Counted from the first letter of the stretch, positions 1 to 10,466 are shown. The stretch: 64,000 bases of DNA from an uncultured Phycisphaerales bacterium (GCA_938084645.1 CALKEP010000010.1:1-64000); one strand, 5' to 3'. Numbers and translations are program-made. The notes: a model not told the origin generated them from the sequence alone.

Positions 1-256
1 CCTGCAGGGCGAGACCACCAGCGTCGGTGACGAGGATGGTGAAGTCATCGGCCCAGGTGAAGTTCTCGGAGCCGGTGAGGACGACGTCCACACCAACACC
101 GGTGAGCGTGCCGGTGAGCTCGCCGTCGGCGAAGATCGCCGCGAACTCACCACCGGACGCACTGAAGTCGATGACATCGACGGTGACGTCGGCCGAAGCC
201 GCACCCGCGATGAGGGCCGACGCGAGGCCGACCGTTGCAAAGGTTCCACACTTCAT
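1..256 (-). CDS. Secreted protein, 5' part only (runs off window); possibly PEP-CTERM-type surface protein
   Basis: Not in ORF track. ATG at 256 preceded by AGGAGG; reads MKCGTFATVGLASALIAGAASA|DVTVDVIDF... with a signal peptide (ASA cleavage), open to the window edge, high GC3. Confidence 0.75.
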   Translation of the reverse strand, partial: MKCGTFATVGLASALIAGAASADVTVDVIDFSASGGEFAAIFADGELTGTLTGVGVDVVLTGSENFTWADDFTILVTDAGGLALQ

Positions 257-514
257 GTCTTTGAATCCTCCTAAACGGAATGAGAGCTGACTCGCCCAAC
301 AAGCTTGGGAATAGGGCACGAGTCGTAAAAGGAACACGCTGAGATTAACCATTGCCGGGGAAACGGAAAGCGCAATCACAAACATTTGCTCAGAAAACTG
401 CGAGCGTGGCGAAACGGCCGACCTTGCGGACGCGATGAGCCCCGAGAGCCCCCAAACCAGCAAGAGTTATCGGGCGTGGATTGGTGCGGCGCGTTTTCGG
501 CCAAGGTCACTGGA

Positions 515-1378
515 TCAGGATTCGACGCGATCGCCGTACTGGAACGGCGTGATCGTGGATGCGAGGCGTGAGCTTGCTCGAAAGGTCACCAGGGTCCCGC
601 AGAGTCGTTCGTCACCAGATCCCATCTCGTACGGCGTGTGAACCGAAGTCCGCATGTGGCGGACGACCTGCTCCGGGTCACGTCCGATGATGGACGCGAA
701 CGGGCCGCACATCCCGACATCCGACTGGAAAGCGGTCCCACGATTCAGAATCCGGTGATCCGCGGTGGGGACATGGGTATGCGTACCCAGAACGGCCGAC
801 ACCCGACCATCGAGATGGAAGGCGAGGGCGGCTTTCTCGGCCGTCGCCTCCATGTGGGCATCGATCAGGACCCCTTTCGCCCCGGGATTCGCGGCGAGAA
901 GTTCATCAGCGGCCTGAAAGGGATCATTGGCGGGAAGGCCCATGAAGATCCGCCCGAGGAGGTTGAAGACCAGGAGTTCCCCCCCGCCGGCCTCAGTGGG
1001 CAAGGGAAGCCGGAAACTCCGCTTTCCCGGGGCATCGTCGGACAGATTCGCGGGGCGACAGATGGGCTCCGTCGGATCTTCGAGTACGGGAATGATCCGT
1101 CGATCGCGGTAGACATGGTCACCAAGCGTGACGCCATCGACCCCGAGATCCCGAATCGTGCGGTAAAGGTCGGGCGTCAGTCCCGATCCATTCCGGAGGT
1201 TCTCCGCATTGGCAATGACCAGGTCCGGCGCGTGATCGCGGAGGACTTCAGGGAGACGGGCCGCCAGCACCCTTCGGCCTGGTCCGCCGTTCAGGTCGCC
1301 GAGAAAGGCGATTCGGGCCGGGCGGGCGGTGCCCGAGTTTCCGGTTTCAGGAGATTCATGCCTTGATTGGCTATTCAT
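515..1378 (-). CDS. YmdB-family (TIGR00282) metallophosphoesterase
   Basis: FLGD..G.PG, IANAEN, TLGDH, RPAN, DAHMEATAEK, GTHTHVPTAD, DVGMCGP motifs; start uncertain (1378 or 1429). Confidence 0.9.
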   Translation of the reverse strand: MNSQSRHESPETGNSGTARPARIAFLGDLNGGPGRRVLAARLPEVLRDHAPDLVIANAENLRNGSGLTPDLYRTIRDLGVDGVTLGDHVYRDRRIIPVLEDPTEPICRPANLSDDAPGKRSFRLPLPTEAGGGELLVFNLLGRIFMGLPANDPFQAADELLAANPGAKGVLIDAHMEATAEKAALAFHLDGRVSAVLGTHTHVPTADHRILNRGTAFQSDVGMCGPFASIIGRDPEQVVRHMRTSVHTPYEMGSGDERLCGTLVTFRASSRLASTITPFQYGDRVES

Positions 1379-1631
1379 GTGGGGATTACGGTACACTCCA
1401 CGCGTCGGACCCGGCGTCCGTTCGCCCATGCGAACGAACCCCCGACGACCATGAGCCGAAAATTCAGCGGGGCCGGTGATTCGCCATTCGAATCAGCGAA
1501 ATCCCCACAGCATCGTCCTTTGATGATGCATCCTCGATGGACTCCAGATCCATCCCCCCGCTGCCCCGGATTCGTTCGACCGCTTTCGCCATTCGGCGAC
1601 GCATGCGGGCGAGCCCCAGGAGTGGACCACG

Positions 1632-2249
1632 TTGAAGCACAAGCAAGGTGATCAGGTACGTCATCCAGGCCGCCCCGAATGGGGCATCGGTGAAGTGATG
1701 AAGGTTGAACTCATCACGAGGGACGGTCGGCCCGACCGCCGGGTCTGGATCAAGTTCCCCAGCGAGGGGACCAAGACCGTGCTCGCCAGCGTCGCAGGGC
1801 TCGAGACGCTCGAGAAGCCGTTGGCGGAAGTGGCGGCCTCGGGTGAGACGCTCGCGGATCGAGAGGCGGATCACGAGGGTGGCTGGCTCGGTGCCATCGC
1901 GAAGAATCGTCCCGAGGACGCGATGATCAGTGTTCCCGATCGGGCCACGGATCCGTTCATTCCCGTCACCGGGCGTTTGAAGTTCATCTACGGCCTCTAT
2001 CGCTTCAACAAGGGTGGCGGCTCGCTCATCGACTGGGCGATTGCGCAGACCGGTCTCGACGATCCGCTCTCCAGATTCAACCGCCACGAACTCGAGCAGT
2101 TCTTCGATCGGTGGTGCTGGGAACGGGATCGAGTCCTCGCGCGGACGATCGATGAAGGTCGCCGGAGCGGCGATACCATCGACAGCCTGCTCAGGGACGC
2201 CCCCCCTGCCGCGCGCCGTGGGCTCAAGAAGGCCGCGCCGGCTCGCTGA
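1632..2249 (+). CDS. DUF3553-like SH3-type domain protein
   Basis: N-terminal GDQVRHPGRPEWGIGEV...IKFPSEG.K pattern, high GC3. Confidence 0.7.
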   Translation: MKHKQGDQVRHPGRPEWGIGEVMKVELITRDGRPDRRVWIKFPSEGTKTVLASVAGLETLEKPLAEVAASGETLADREADHEGGWLGAIAKNRPEDAMISVPDRATDPFIPVTGRLKFIYGLYRFNKGGGSLIDWAIAQTGLDDPLSRFNRHELEQFFDRWCWERDRVLARTIDEGRRSGDTIDSLLRDAPPAARRGLKKAAPAR

Positions 2250-2446
2250 GCCGTCCGAAAACCATCACTTCACGCGTCCTGAACCACCACGTGGTGGGTC
2301 TGTTCGCTCTGTAGGCCCTCGAGTCCGCTCGAACGCCGCTTCCTCGACCATCGTCGTGGAATCCGGGTCGGATGGTGGCATTTGTTGTGACGTCGCCGGC
2401 GGAGATTCGTCGGGGCTTCCAAGCACCGCCAGTGGAAATCGAAGAG

Positions 2447-2767
2447 ATGGATGAAATCACCTTTCAGCGGAAGATGCAGGAACTCATGTCCCGGATCCAG
2501 GCCATGCCGGAATCCTCGGACCAACCCGAACAGGCCGCGGCCCTGGCCGGCGAGCGTCGAGACCGGATCAAGGCCTCTGTCGCGGAGCTGCAGGAATCAC
2601 TCGACTATCTGAGGCTGAGCGTGAAGTACCTGGTGTTCGATCTCGAGGCGACGCGTCGAGAGAACGCGTACCTCCGGCGCATGCTCGAGCAGTCGAGCCG
2701 CGACGCCCAGCGACAGATCGAGGACGATGAGAACTCCGAAGAGGGTGAGGAAGAACGCTTCGACTGA
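2447..2767 (+). CDS. Small conserved coiled-coil protein of planctomycete type
   Basis: LQESLDYLRLSVKYLVFDLEATRRENAYLRRML heptad segment, acidic tail; ATG 2447 preferred over 2372. Confidence 0.75.
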   Translation: MDEITFQRKMQELMSRIQAMPESSDQPEQAAALAGERRDRIKASVAELQESLDYLRLSVKYLVFDLEATRRENAYLRRMLEQSSRDAQRQIEDDENSEEGEEERFD

Positions 2768-2946
2768 ATCCTGCTCCCCGCCTCCGTTCATGGCAATGGG
2801 GGCGACGAGGCGTGACCGGTCCCATTCCCGATGCGGCCGATCCAGGTTCACATGGCCGGTCACGCGACCCGAAGGACGTACCGACTCCCGGTACGTCCTT
2901 CGTTCTTGTGCCGACGTCGATCTCGAAGGCGGGTAGACTCCGCCCC

Positions 2947-4665
2947 GTGATCGGGAACCAGATCAGAAACATCAAGCGGTGGAACCAGATCATCCGGGTG
3001 CTCGCCCGGTACGGTTTCGTCGAGTTCCTTCGCGAGATCGGCCTGGGGAACGTCGTCGCGGACCTGCTTGATCGCGTCCGCATCGGACGTACCGAGGCCG
3101 CCCTCGTTCGGATGCCGACGCCGGTTCGGCTCCGACACGCGATGGAGGAACTCGGTCCGACCTTCATCAAGCTCGGTCAGGTCCTTTCGACCCGTCGGGA
3201 TCTCGTGCCCGACGACTGGGCGGACGAATTCGCGAATCTCCAGTCCGGTTGCCCGGCCCTGCCGTGGGCCGACATCGAGCAGCTGCTGCACGAGGCGTAC
3301 CCCGAAGGGGTGGACTCGAAGTTCGCGTCCATCGACCAGGAGCCGATCGCCGCCGCATCGATGGCCCAGGCCCATCGCGCCGTGCTGCTCGACGGGACGC
3401 CCGTCGTCCTCAAGATCCTGCGACCGCACATCCGGGAGATCATCGCCGGCGACATGGAAGCCCTCCGCTTTCTCGCCCGACTGGTCGACGAGCATCTCCC
3501 CAGCATGGGCTTCGATCCCAATGCCACCGTCGCGGAGTTCGCCCGCGAACTGGATCGAGAGACGGATCTGACCAACGAAGGCCGCGCGACGGATCGGCTG
3601 TCCACGATGTTCGAGGACCAGCCCGAAGTCGACTTCCCCACCATCCACTGGCCGGAGACGACCCGCGACGTCCTCTGCGAGTCGGTGGCCGAGGGAACCC
3701 TGCTCGCCGACCTCGACGTGACGACCCTCGATGCCGAGCAGCGACGATCGATCGTCTCCATCGGTGCCGGGGCCGTCTTCCACCAGACCCTCGAGGTCGG
3801 TTTCTTCCACGCGGATCCACATCCGGGCAACATCTTCGTGCGACCGGATGGAGGCTTGACCTTCATCGACTGCGGGATGACGGGCTTCGTCGACGAGCAG
3901 ACCCGGCTTCGGCTCGCGGAAATCGTCTTCGGCGTCACGAGAAACGATGCGGACATGGTCATGCGGGCCGCGATGAAGCTCGCCGAGGTCGATTTCGACC
4001 ACGTCGATCTCAAGGCGGCCCGATCCGACGTTCAGGAGCTGGTCGGCCGGTTCGTCGGCGTCCCGCTCGATCGAATCGACATGGGATCCGTGCTCGACGA
4101 CTTCTTCCAGACCCTCCGGCGGCACGACCTGCGATGTCCCGCCGACGTGGTGCTCCTGATCAAGGCGCTGACCACGATCGAAGGCGTCGCGATGTCGATC
4201 GATCCATCCTTCGACCTGATCGCGTTCACGCGTCCGTACATCGAGAAACTGCTGAAGGGCAGATTCAGTCCCAAGGCGGTCGGTCGTCGAGCCCGCGAGG
4301 TCGCGATGGAGGTCCTCGGCCTCGGAGAGACGCTGCCCGGTGAACTGTTGACCTTCCTGAGTCGCGTTCGACGAAACCGGCTCCGCCTGCAGCTCGACGT
4401 CGTCGCGATCGAGGATCTGGTGGTCGGGCTCGAGGACGCCTCGGAACGGATCGGCTACGCCCTGCTGATCTCGGCCCTGGTGATGGCCAGCGCGATCCTC
4501 GTCCTCGCCAGTCGAGGCGAGGGGATCGCATTCCACCTCGGGGTCGCGGGCTTCGTGATCAGTGCGACCTTCGCCTTCGGGCTGCTCTTCAACAGCTGGC
4601 GGAACCGCCGACGGCTGAAGCGGCGGACCCGCGCCCTCCGAAAGGCCCGCGGCGACCGGCTCTGA
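2947..4665 (+). CDS. ABC1/UbiB/AarF-family atypical kinase
   Basis: ELGPTFIKLGQ, PIAAASMAQAH, VVLKILRP, FFHADPHPGN, FIDCG; two C-terminal TM helices; start uncertain (GTG 2947 vs 2812). Confidence 0.92.
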   Translation: MIGNQIRNIKRWNQIIRVLARYGFVEFLREIGLGNVVADLLDRVRIGRTEAALVRMPTPVRLRHAMEELGPTFIKLGQVLSTRRDLVPDDWADEFANLQSGCPALPWADIEQLLHEAYPEGVDSKFASIDQEPIAAASMAQAHRAVLLDGTPVVLKILRPHIREIIAGDMEALRFLARLVDEHLPSMGFDPNATVAEFARELDRETDLTNEGRATDRLSTMFEDQPEVDFPTIHWPETTRDVLCESVAEGTLLADLDVTTLDAEQRRSIVSIGAGAVFHQTLEVGFFHADPHPGNIFVRPDGGLTFIDCGMTGFVDEQTRLRLAEIVFGVTRNDADMVMRAAMKLAEVDFDHVDLKAARSDVQELVGRFVGVPLDRIDMGSVLDDFFQTLRRHDLRCPADVVLLIKALTTIEGVAMSIDPSFDLIAFTRPYIEKLLKGRFSPKAVGRRAREVAMEVLGLGETLPGELLTFLSRVRRNRLRLQLDVVAIEDLVVGLEDASERIGYALLISALVMASAILVLASRGEGIAFHLGVAGFVISATFAFGLLFNSWRNRRRLKRRTRALRKARGDRL

Positions 4666-4677
4666 ATCTCGATGGGT

Positions 4678-5751
4678 TCAAGCTTCGGGAAGTTCGGGAA
4701 GCTCGGGATCCGGAGGCACCGGTTCACCAGCCAGCGCGGCCGCGATCCGCTGCGCGTGGATGTGGGAATTCTCGATGTAGACCTGGAAACTGCCCTGCGT
4801 TCCGTTCACCGCCGTGCCGGCGACGTGCACGCCGGGCACGGTGGTCTCCATGGTGTCCGGATCGTGCCGAACCGCGGCATTGTCGCCGTGGAGTTCGCAC
4901 CCGAGGTCTTCGAACAGCGATCCATCGGCTTCGAACCCGATCTGGAGCAACACGTCGTCGACGAGTTCCTCGGTCCGATGTCCATCCGCGACCCGTTCGA
5001 GCGTCACCGAGCCGGGGCCGATCGCGACGATCCTCGTCCCCAGTCGGGCGTGGATCAGGCCGGAACGGATGCACGATTCGATCTCCGGGCGGATCCAGTA
5101 CTTGATCCGCGGATGAAGTGCGTCGCGGTGATGCACGATGGTGACGTCGGCGCCCGCCCGCCAGAGTCTGATGGCCGACTCCGCGGCGGAGTTCTTGCCG
5201 CCCACCACGATCACCCGCCGACCGAAACAGCGATGCGGTTCGCCGAGCTCGTGGGAGACGAACGGACGGTCCTCTCCGGGGACGTCGAGCCGGCGGGGGC
5301 GGGCGGTTCCCCCCACCGCCAGCACGATGCGGTCGGCTTCGACGACCCGTTCGAGTCCGCCGAGGGTCCGGGTCCTCGCGTCGAAGCCGTCCGCGGTTCG
5401 AGCGATGGAGATCACGGACTCGTGGGTCCGCACCGGGAGATCGAACTGGGTCACCACGCCGCGGAGATACGCGAGGTATTCCTCCCGCGTCGCCTTCTCC
5501 TGGTCGACGGACACCAGTGGGACACCGGCGATCGAGATGCGTTCGGGCCCGGAGAACCACCGTGTTCCCGGCGGGAACGCGACCACCTGGGCTCCGAGCG
5601 GGCCCTGGTCCACGTTCAGGGTGTCGATCCCGCGGCGGCGGAGTTCGATCGCGGTCTCGAGCCCGATCGGGCCGGCCCCGACCACCAGAACCCGCGTCGC
5701 CGACCGCGCGAGCGGATCCGGGAGTCGGGAAGCGTCATCGGCGGTGGTCAT
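4678..5751 (-). CDS. YpdA-like FAD/NAD(P)H disulfide reductase (bacillithiol disulfide reductase family)
   Basis: VVGAGPIG, FPPGTRWFS, TREEYLAY, VGGKNSA, IKYWIRP, YIENSHIHA; no CxxC. Confidence 0.8.
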   Translation of the reverse strand: MTTADDASRLPDPLARSATRVLVVGAGPIGLETAIELRRRGIDTLNVDQGPLGAQVVAFPPGTRWFSGPERISIAGVPLVSVDQEKATREEYLAYLRGVVTQFDLPVRTHESVISIARTADGFDARTRTLGGLERVVEADRIVLAVGGTARPRRLDVPGEDRPFVSHELGEPHRCFGRRVIVVGGKNSAAESAIRLWRAGADVTIVHHRDALHPRIKYWIRPEIESCIRSGLIHARLGTRIVAIGPGSVTLERVADGHRTEELVDDVLLQIGFEADGSLFEDLGCELHGDNAAVRHDPDTMETTVPGVHVAGTAVNGTQGSFQVYIENSHIHAQRIAAALAGEPVPPDPELPELPEA

Positions 5752-5845
5752 GATTCGGGTCCGGCGAAAGGTCTGGAGGAACATCGCTTTGCGAATCCGA
5801 GACGATAGACTCGGAACCGTGCCGTTGCGAATCGATCATGCCTGC

Positions 5846-8800
5846 ATGTTCATTGCGATCGGGTTCTCGCTCGCCGCGTCGCCGTCGAGCGAGGCGGGCG
5901 ACGACACGGTCTCCTTCAACCGATCCATTCGTCCGCTCCTGTCGAGGTGTCTTCCTTGTCATGGTCCCGACGAGGCGGCGCGGCTCGCCGGCCTCCGGCT
6001 CGATCGGCATGAGGACGCCGTCGCATCACGCCGCCGCGGTGCCGCCATCGTGCCGGGAGACGCGAACGCCGGCTCCCTTCTTTCCCGAATCACGAGCAAG
6101 GATCCCGATCGCGTGATGCCTCCGCCGGGCGCCGGTGAACGGTTCGATGACGCGGAGGTCGCGTTGATCCGCCGATGGATCGAGGAAGGCGCGGATTACG
6201 AGACGCACTGGGCATGGCGGCATCCGGACGAATCCGGTCCGGTTCCGACCGCGGGCGAGGGCTGGGCCCGCCGTGATCTCGATCGCTACGTCGCGGCGGC
6301 GCACTCGGCGGCGGGCGTGACGCCGTCGGAGGAGGCCGATCGCGCCATGCTCGCGCGACGGGTCGCCCTCGATCTGACCGGGCTCCCCCCGACGCCGGAG
6401 GACGTCGACGCGTTCATCGAGGATTCGCGGCCGGACGCCTACGAGCGTTTCGTCGATGATCAACTCGCCGATCCCGGATTCGGCGAACGCTGGGCGCGGG
6501 TCTGGCTCGACGTCGCACGCTACGCCGACACCCGCGGATACGAAGCGGATCGCAGTCGCACGATGTGGCCCTGGCGGGACTGGGTGATCGAGGCGTTCAA
6601 CGATGACCTTCCCTTCGATCGATTCACGATCGCGCAGCTCGCCGGTGATCTCCTTCCGGGGGGTGACGACGCGTCGGTGCTCGCCACCGCGTTCCACCGG
6701 AACACGATGACCAATGACGAAGGTGGGACCCGGGACGAGGAGTTCAGGGTCGCCGCCGTCGCGGATCGGGTGAACACCACCCTCACGACGTGGATGGGCC
6801 TGACCGCGGAGTGTGCCGCCTGCCACGATCACAAGTACGACCCGATCTCGACCGAGGAGTACTACCGACTCTTCGCGTTCTTCAACACGACTCGGGATGC
6901 CGATCGTCCCGACGAGCAACCGCTGCTCTCGTGGCTCGCCTCGGCCGAGCGAGCGCGACGGGACGACCTCCACTCCGCTCGCGAGCAGGTGCGGACGGCG
7001 CGGGATCGTCGCGCCCTCGAGGCGACGCCGCGCTCGATTCCGGTCGATCGGATCCCGATCCTGCCGGACGCCCGCCCGCCAGGCGCGATCCCTTCCGGCG
7101 CCCTGGTTCGCGGGGCCCTTCCCTGGGACGACGAAATCGAGCCGCCACCCGGTTGGCAACGTTCCCGAACACTCCACGCGCCCGCCGGCACGTTCCAGCA
7201 GCATTTCATCCACGACATCGCACCCGCGGCGCGGGTCACGACCGCCGCGGACGACCGACTGGAGGCCTGGATTCGATTCGATCCCGCCCGTCCGCCCGCC
7301 GGGGTCATGATCCAGGTGCAGGCCGTCGAGGGCGCATGGGAGCACCGCGCATACTGGGGGACGCTCGAGCATGTCCTCGGCGCCGAGGACACCGGATCCC
7401 GTCGAAGAGTCGGCGATCTTCCGTCGAACGAGGAATGGGTGCGACTCGAGGTTCCGACCACTGCGCTCGATCTGCCCCCCGGGTCGGTCATCACGGGCGT
7501 CGCGGCATCGATGCAGGCGGGTGAAAAGCCGGCGGTGGCGCACTGGGGTCCGATCAGCCTGATCCGCGTCGGCGCCAGGACGCCGGCGTGGCTCGAGGAC
7601 GTCGACGCCTGGATCGCCGCCGAGATGGAACGCGATGGTCGGCACCTTCCCGCACCGGTTCGATCCGCATTGTCCGCGGGGACCGACCGGGATGCCGGGC
7701 AGCGTGAGCGGCTGGAGCTTCACTGGCGGGCGGAAGTCGCACCCTCGGGTCTGGCCGCGACCCGTGCCGACCGGATGGAACTGGCGCGAATCGACACCGA
7801 GATCGCGGGTGTCCTCGCCGCCGCGCCGCGGGTCCCGGTCCTTCGTGAGCAGCCGGTGTCGGAGCGTCGGACCACGAGCATCCTGGAGCGTGGTGACTGG
7901 CGAAGTCCCGGGACGGTGGTCGATGCGGGCGTGCCGGCGTTTCTGCATGCCCTCCCGAGCGATGCGGCCGCGTCGGCGGACCGGCTCGCCCTTGCACGCT
8001 GGGTGGTGGACGATCGAAACCCGCTCACCGCCCGGGTTCACGTGAATCGCGTCTGGGAACGGCTCTTCGGTCGGGGATTGGTGGAGACGCTCGAGGACTT
8101 CGGGACCCAGGGCGTTCCGCCGGCGCACCAGGGACTGCTGGATCACCTTGCGGTTCGATTCATGGAGCAGGGCTGGAGTCACAAGCGTCTCTGTCGCGAG
8201 ATCGTCACCAGTGCGACGTATCGACAGTCCTCGGTCATGGATCGGGAGTCCCTCGAGCGGGATCCCGACAACCTTCTGCTCGCCCGCGGGCCCCGGTTCC
8301 GGCTCGAGGCGGAAGCGATCCGGGACGCGGCACTCGAGGCCTCCGGCCTGCGTTCCCCGACGATGTTCGGGCCTCCCGTGTATCCGCCGCAGCCGGATGG
8401 CGTGTGGCAGGTCGTCTACAGCGGCGAGCGGTGGATGACCGCGGAGGACGACGACCGCCATCGACGCGGGCTCTACACCTTCTGGCGTCGGACGGCCCCG
8501 TACCCGTCGATGGTGGCCTTCGATGCGGGCAGTCGGGAGACGTGCGTCGCTCGCCGCATCCGGACCAACACGCCGCTTCAGGCGTTGGTGACGCTCAACG
8601 ACGAGGCGTTCATCGAGGCCGCGGGCGGACTCGCGACCCGGGCCTGGACGGAGACCGGTGGAGAAGGCGAACTCGTCCGGGCGATGCGGCTCGCCATCTC
8701 GCGCACGCCCGATGCTCGGGAGATCCGGGTGCTGGAGCGGCTTCTCGCAGAGGAGACCCGGCGGTTTCGGGCGGCCCCGGCGCGGGCCGCGGCGTTGATC

Positions 8801-8911
8801 GAGGCGGCTCGGACCTCCGTTCCGGAAGCACTGGATGCCGCGTCCTTCGCGGCGCGAATCGTGGTGGCGAACGTGATTCTCAATCTCGACGAGTTCCTCA
8901 ACCGCGGCTGA
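5846..8911 (+). CDS. Planctomycete cytochrome c / DUF1549 (PSCyt2) / DUF1553 (PSD1) protein
   Basis: FNRSIRPLLSRCLPCHGPD, RRVALDLTGLPP, WLDVARYADT, CAACHDHKYDP, NPLTARVHVNR, RTNTPLQAL, LNLDEF; ORF-track extension to 5138 overlaps the previous gene antisense. Confidence 0.92.
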   Translation: MFIAIGFSLAASPSSEAGDDTVSFNRSIRPLLSRCLPCHGPDEAARLAGLRLDRHEDAVASRRRGAAIVPGDANAGSLLSRITSKDPDRVMPPPGAGERFDDAEVALIRRWIEEGADYETHWAWRHPDESGPVPTAGEGWARRDLDRYVAAAHSAAGVTPSEEADRAMLARRVALDLTGLPPTPEDVDAFIEDSRPDAYERFVDDQLADPGFGERWARVWLDVARYADTRGYEADRSRTMWPWRDWVIEAFNDDLPFDRFTIAQLAGDLLPGGDDASVLATAFHRNTMTNDEGGTRDEEFRVAAVADRVNTTLTTWMGLTAECAACHDHKYDPISTEEYYRLFAFFNTTRDADRPDEQPLLSWLASAERARRDDLHSAREQVRTARDRRALEATPRSIPVDRIPILPDARPPGAIPSGALVRGALPWDDEIEPPPGWQRSRTLHAPAGTFQQHFIHDIAPAARVTTAADDRLEAWIRFDPARPPAGVMIQVQAVEGAWEHRAYWGTLEHVLGAEDTGSRRRVGDLPSNEEWVRLEVPTTALDLPPGSVITGVAASMQAGEKPAVAHWGPISLIRVGARTPAWLEDVDAWIAAEMERDGRHLPAPVRSALSAGTDRDAGQRERLELHWRAEVAPSGLAATRADRMELARIDTEIAGVLAAAPRVPVLREQPVSERRTTSILERGDWRSPGTVVDAGVPAFLHALPSDAAASADRLALARWVVDDRNPLTARVHVNRVWERLFGRGLVETLEDFGTQGVPPAHQGLLDHLAVRFMEQGWSHKRLCREIVTSATYRQSSVMDRESLERDPDNLLLARGPRFRLEAEAIRDAALEASGLRSPTMFGPPVYPPQPDGVWQVVYSGERWMTAEDDDRHRRGLYTFWRRTAPYPSMVAFDAGSRETCVARRIRTNTPLQALVTLNDEAFIEAAGGLATRAWTETGGEGELVRAMRLAISRTPDAREIRVLERLLAEETRRFRAAPARAAALIEAARTSVPEALDAASFAARIVVANVILNLDEFLNRG

Positions 8912-8927
8912 CCCGGGAGATCGACGC

Positions 8928-10427
8928 ATGGCCAGGAGATCCGAACACGCCGCCCGAGACCTGCACCATCGACTGGTGAAGGACCGACTCGAGGCCACGA
9001 CCCGACGCGCCTTCCTCGGGCGGATGGGCACGGGCATCGGCGGCATGGCCCTGGCCTGGGCGACCGCGGATGCGACCCGTCCCGCATTCGGGTCGGACGG
9101 TGGCGATCCGATGGCCGGACTGGACCTCACCCGGCCTCATTTCGCGCCGAAAGCGAAGCGCATCGTCTATCTGCACATGGCCGGCAGTCCGCCCCATCAC
9201 GATCTGCTCGATCCGAAGCCCGCCCTCGAACGCTGGGACGGGAAGCCGTGTCCGGATCATCTCCTCGATCCGGAGAACTTCGCCTTCATCAAGGGCCATC
9301 CCGAGGTGCTCGCCTCCCCGTACGCGTTCGCACCGCAGGGTCGATCGGGTACCGAAATCAGCGAACTGCTCCCCGGGCTCTCGCGGCATGCCGACCGCAT
9401 CGCCGTGGTGCGATCGATGCACACCGATCAGTTCAATCACGCGCCGGCCCAGCTCCTCCTCTACACCGGTTCGCCCCGGCTGGGACGTCCGTCCCTGGGT
9501 TCGTGGATCAGCTACGGCATCGGGTCGGAGAATCGCGACCTGCCCGCCTACGTCGTGCTCGTCTCCGGTGGCAAGACGCCCAGCGCCGGGAAGAGCGTCT
9601 GGGGCAGTGGTTTCCTCCCCAGCGTCCACCAGGGGGTCCAGTGTCGTTCCGAAGGTGATCCGGTCCTGTTCGCCGCGGACCCGCCCGGAATCGATCGCGA
9701 CACCCGGGCCGCGACGATCGACGCCCTCGCCGAACTGAACGGACTCCAGTGCGAACGTCAGGGCGATCCCGAGACGCTGGCTCGTATCGCGCAGTACGAG
9801 CTCGCGTTTCGAATGCAGGCCGCGGTTCCCGAGGTGATGGACATCGCCCATGAGTCTCCGGACACGCTCGAGCGATACGGCGCGGTGCCGGGTCAGGCGA
9901 GTTTCGCGAACAACTGCCTGCTGGCGCGGCGGATGCTCGAGCACGACGTCCGCTTCGTCCAGCTGTTCGACTGGGGCTGGGACACCCACGGAACGAACCC
10001 GAGCGACGACATCGTGAATCAACTCCCCAAGAAGTGCCGGGAGACCGACGGTCCCATCGCCGCCCTGCTCGACGATCTGGTCGATCGCGGCCTTCTGGAG
10101 GACACGCTGGTGATCTGGTCGGGGGAGTTCGGCCGCACCGCGATGAACGAACGGCGGAACGGATCGTCCTACTACGGACGCGACCACCATCCCCACTGCT
10201 TCTCGATCTGGCTGGCGGGTGGTGGTGTCCGCCCGGGGATCGTCCACGGTGAGACCTGCGAGTTCGGCGCGTCGATCGTTCGCGACCCCGTCCATGTGCA
10301 TGATCTGCAGGCGACGGTGCTCCGGCTGCTCGGCTTCGATCATGAACGCCTCGTCCGTCGCCATCAGGGCCGAGACTTCCGGCTCACCGACGTCCACGGA
10401 AGCGTGGTCGACGGGCTGCTCGGCTGA
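8928..10427 (+). CDS. DUF1501 (sulfatase-like) protein with Tat signal
   Basis: TRRAFL Tat motif, PHFAPKAKRIVYL, CLLARR, WDTH, GEFGRT, GRDHHP, RLTDVHG. Confidence 0.92.
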   Translation: MARRSEHAARDLHHRLVKDRLEATTRRAFLGRMGTGIGGMALAWATADATRPAFGSDGGDPMAGLDLTRPHFAPKAKRIVYLHMAGSPPHHDLLDPKPALERWDGKPCPDHLLDPENFAFIKGHPEVLASPYAFAPQGRSGTEISELLPGLSRHADRIAVVRSMHTDQFNHAPAQLLLYTGSPRLGRPSLGSWISYGIGSENRDLPAYVVLVSGGKTPSAGKSVWGSGFLPSVHQGVQCRSEGDPVLFAADPPGIDRDTRAATIDALAELNGLQCERQGDPETLARIAQYELAFRMQAAVPEVMDIAHESPDTLERYGAVPGQASFANNCLLARRMLEHDVRFVQLFDWGWDTHGTNPSDDIVNQLPKKCRETDGPIAALLDDLVDRGLLEDTLVIWSGEFGRTAMNERRNGSSYYGRDHHPHCFSIWLAGGGVRPGIVHGETCEFGASIVRDPVHVHDLQATVLRLLGFDHERLVRRHQGRDFRLTDVHGSVVDGLLG

Positions 10428-10466
10428 GCCGCGCATCGGTCCGGCGCGGGTCGTTGGACACCCCGA

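Noticed and set aside
5138..5845. N-terminal extension of the PSCyt ORF
   Set aside because: Lies antisense within the YpdA-like gene; family motifs begin after 5846
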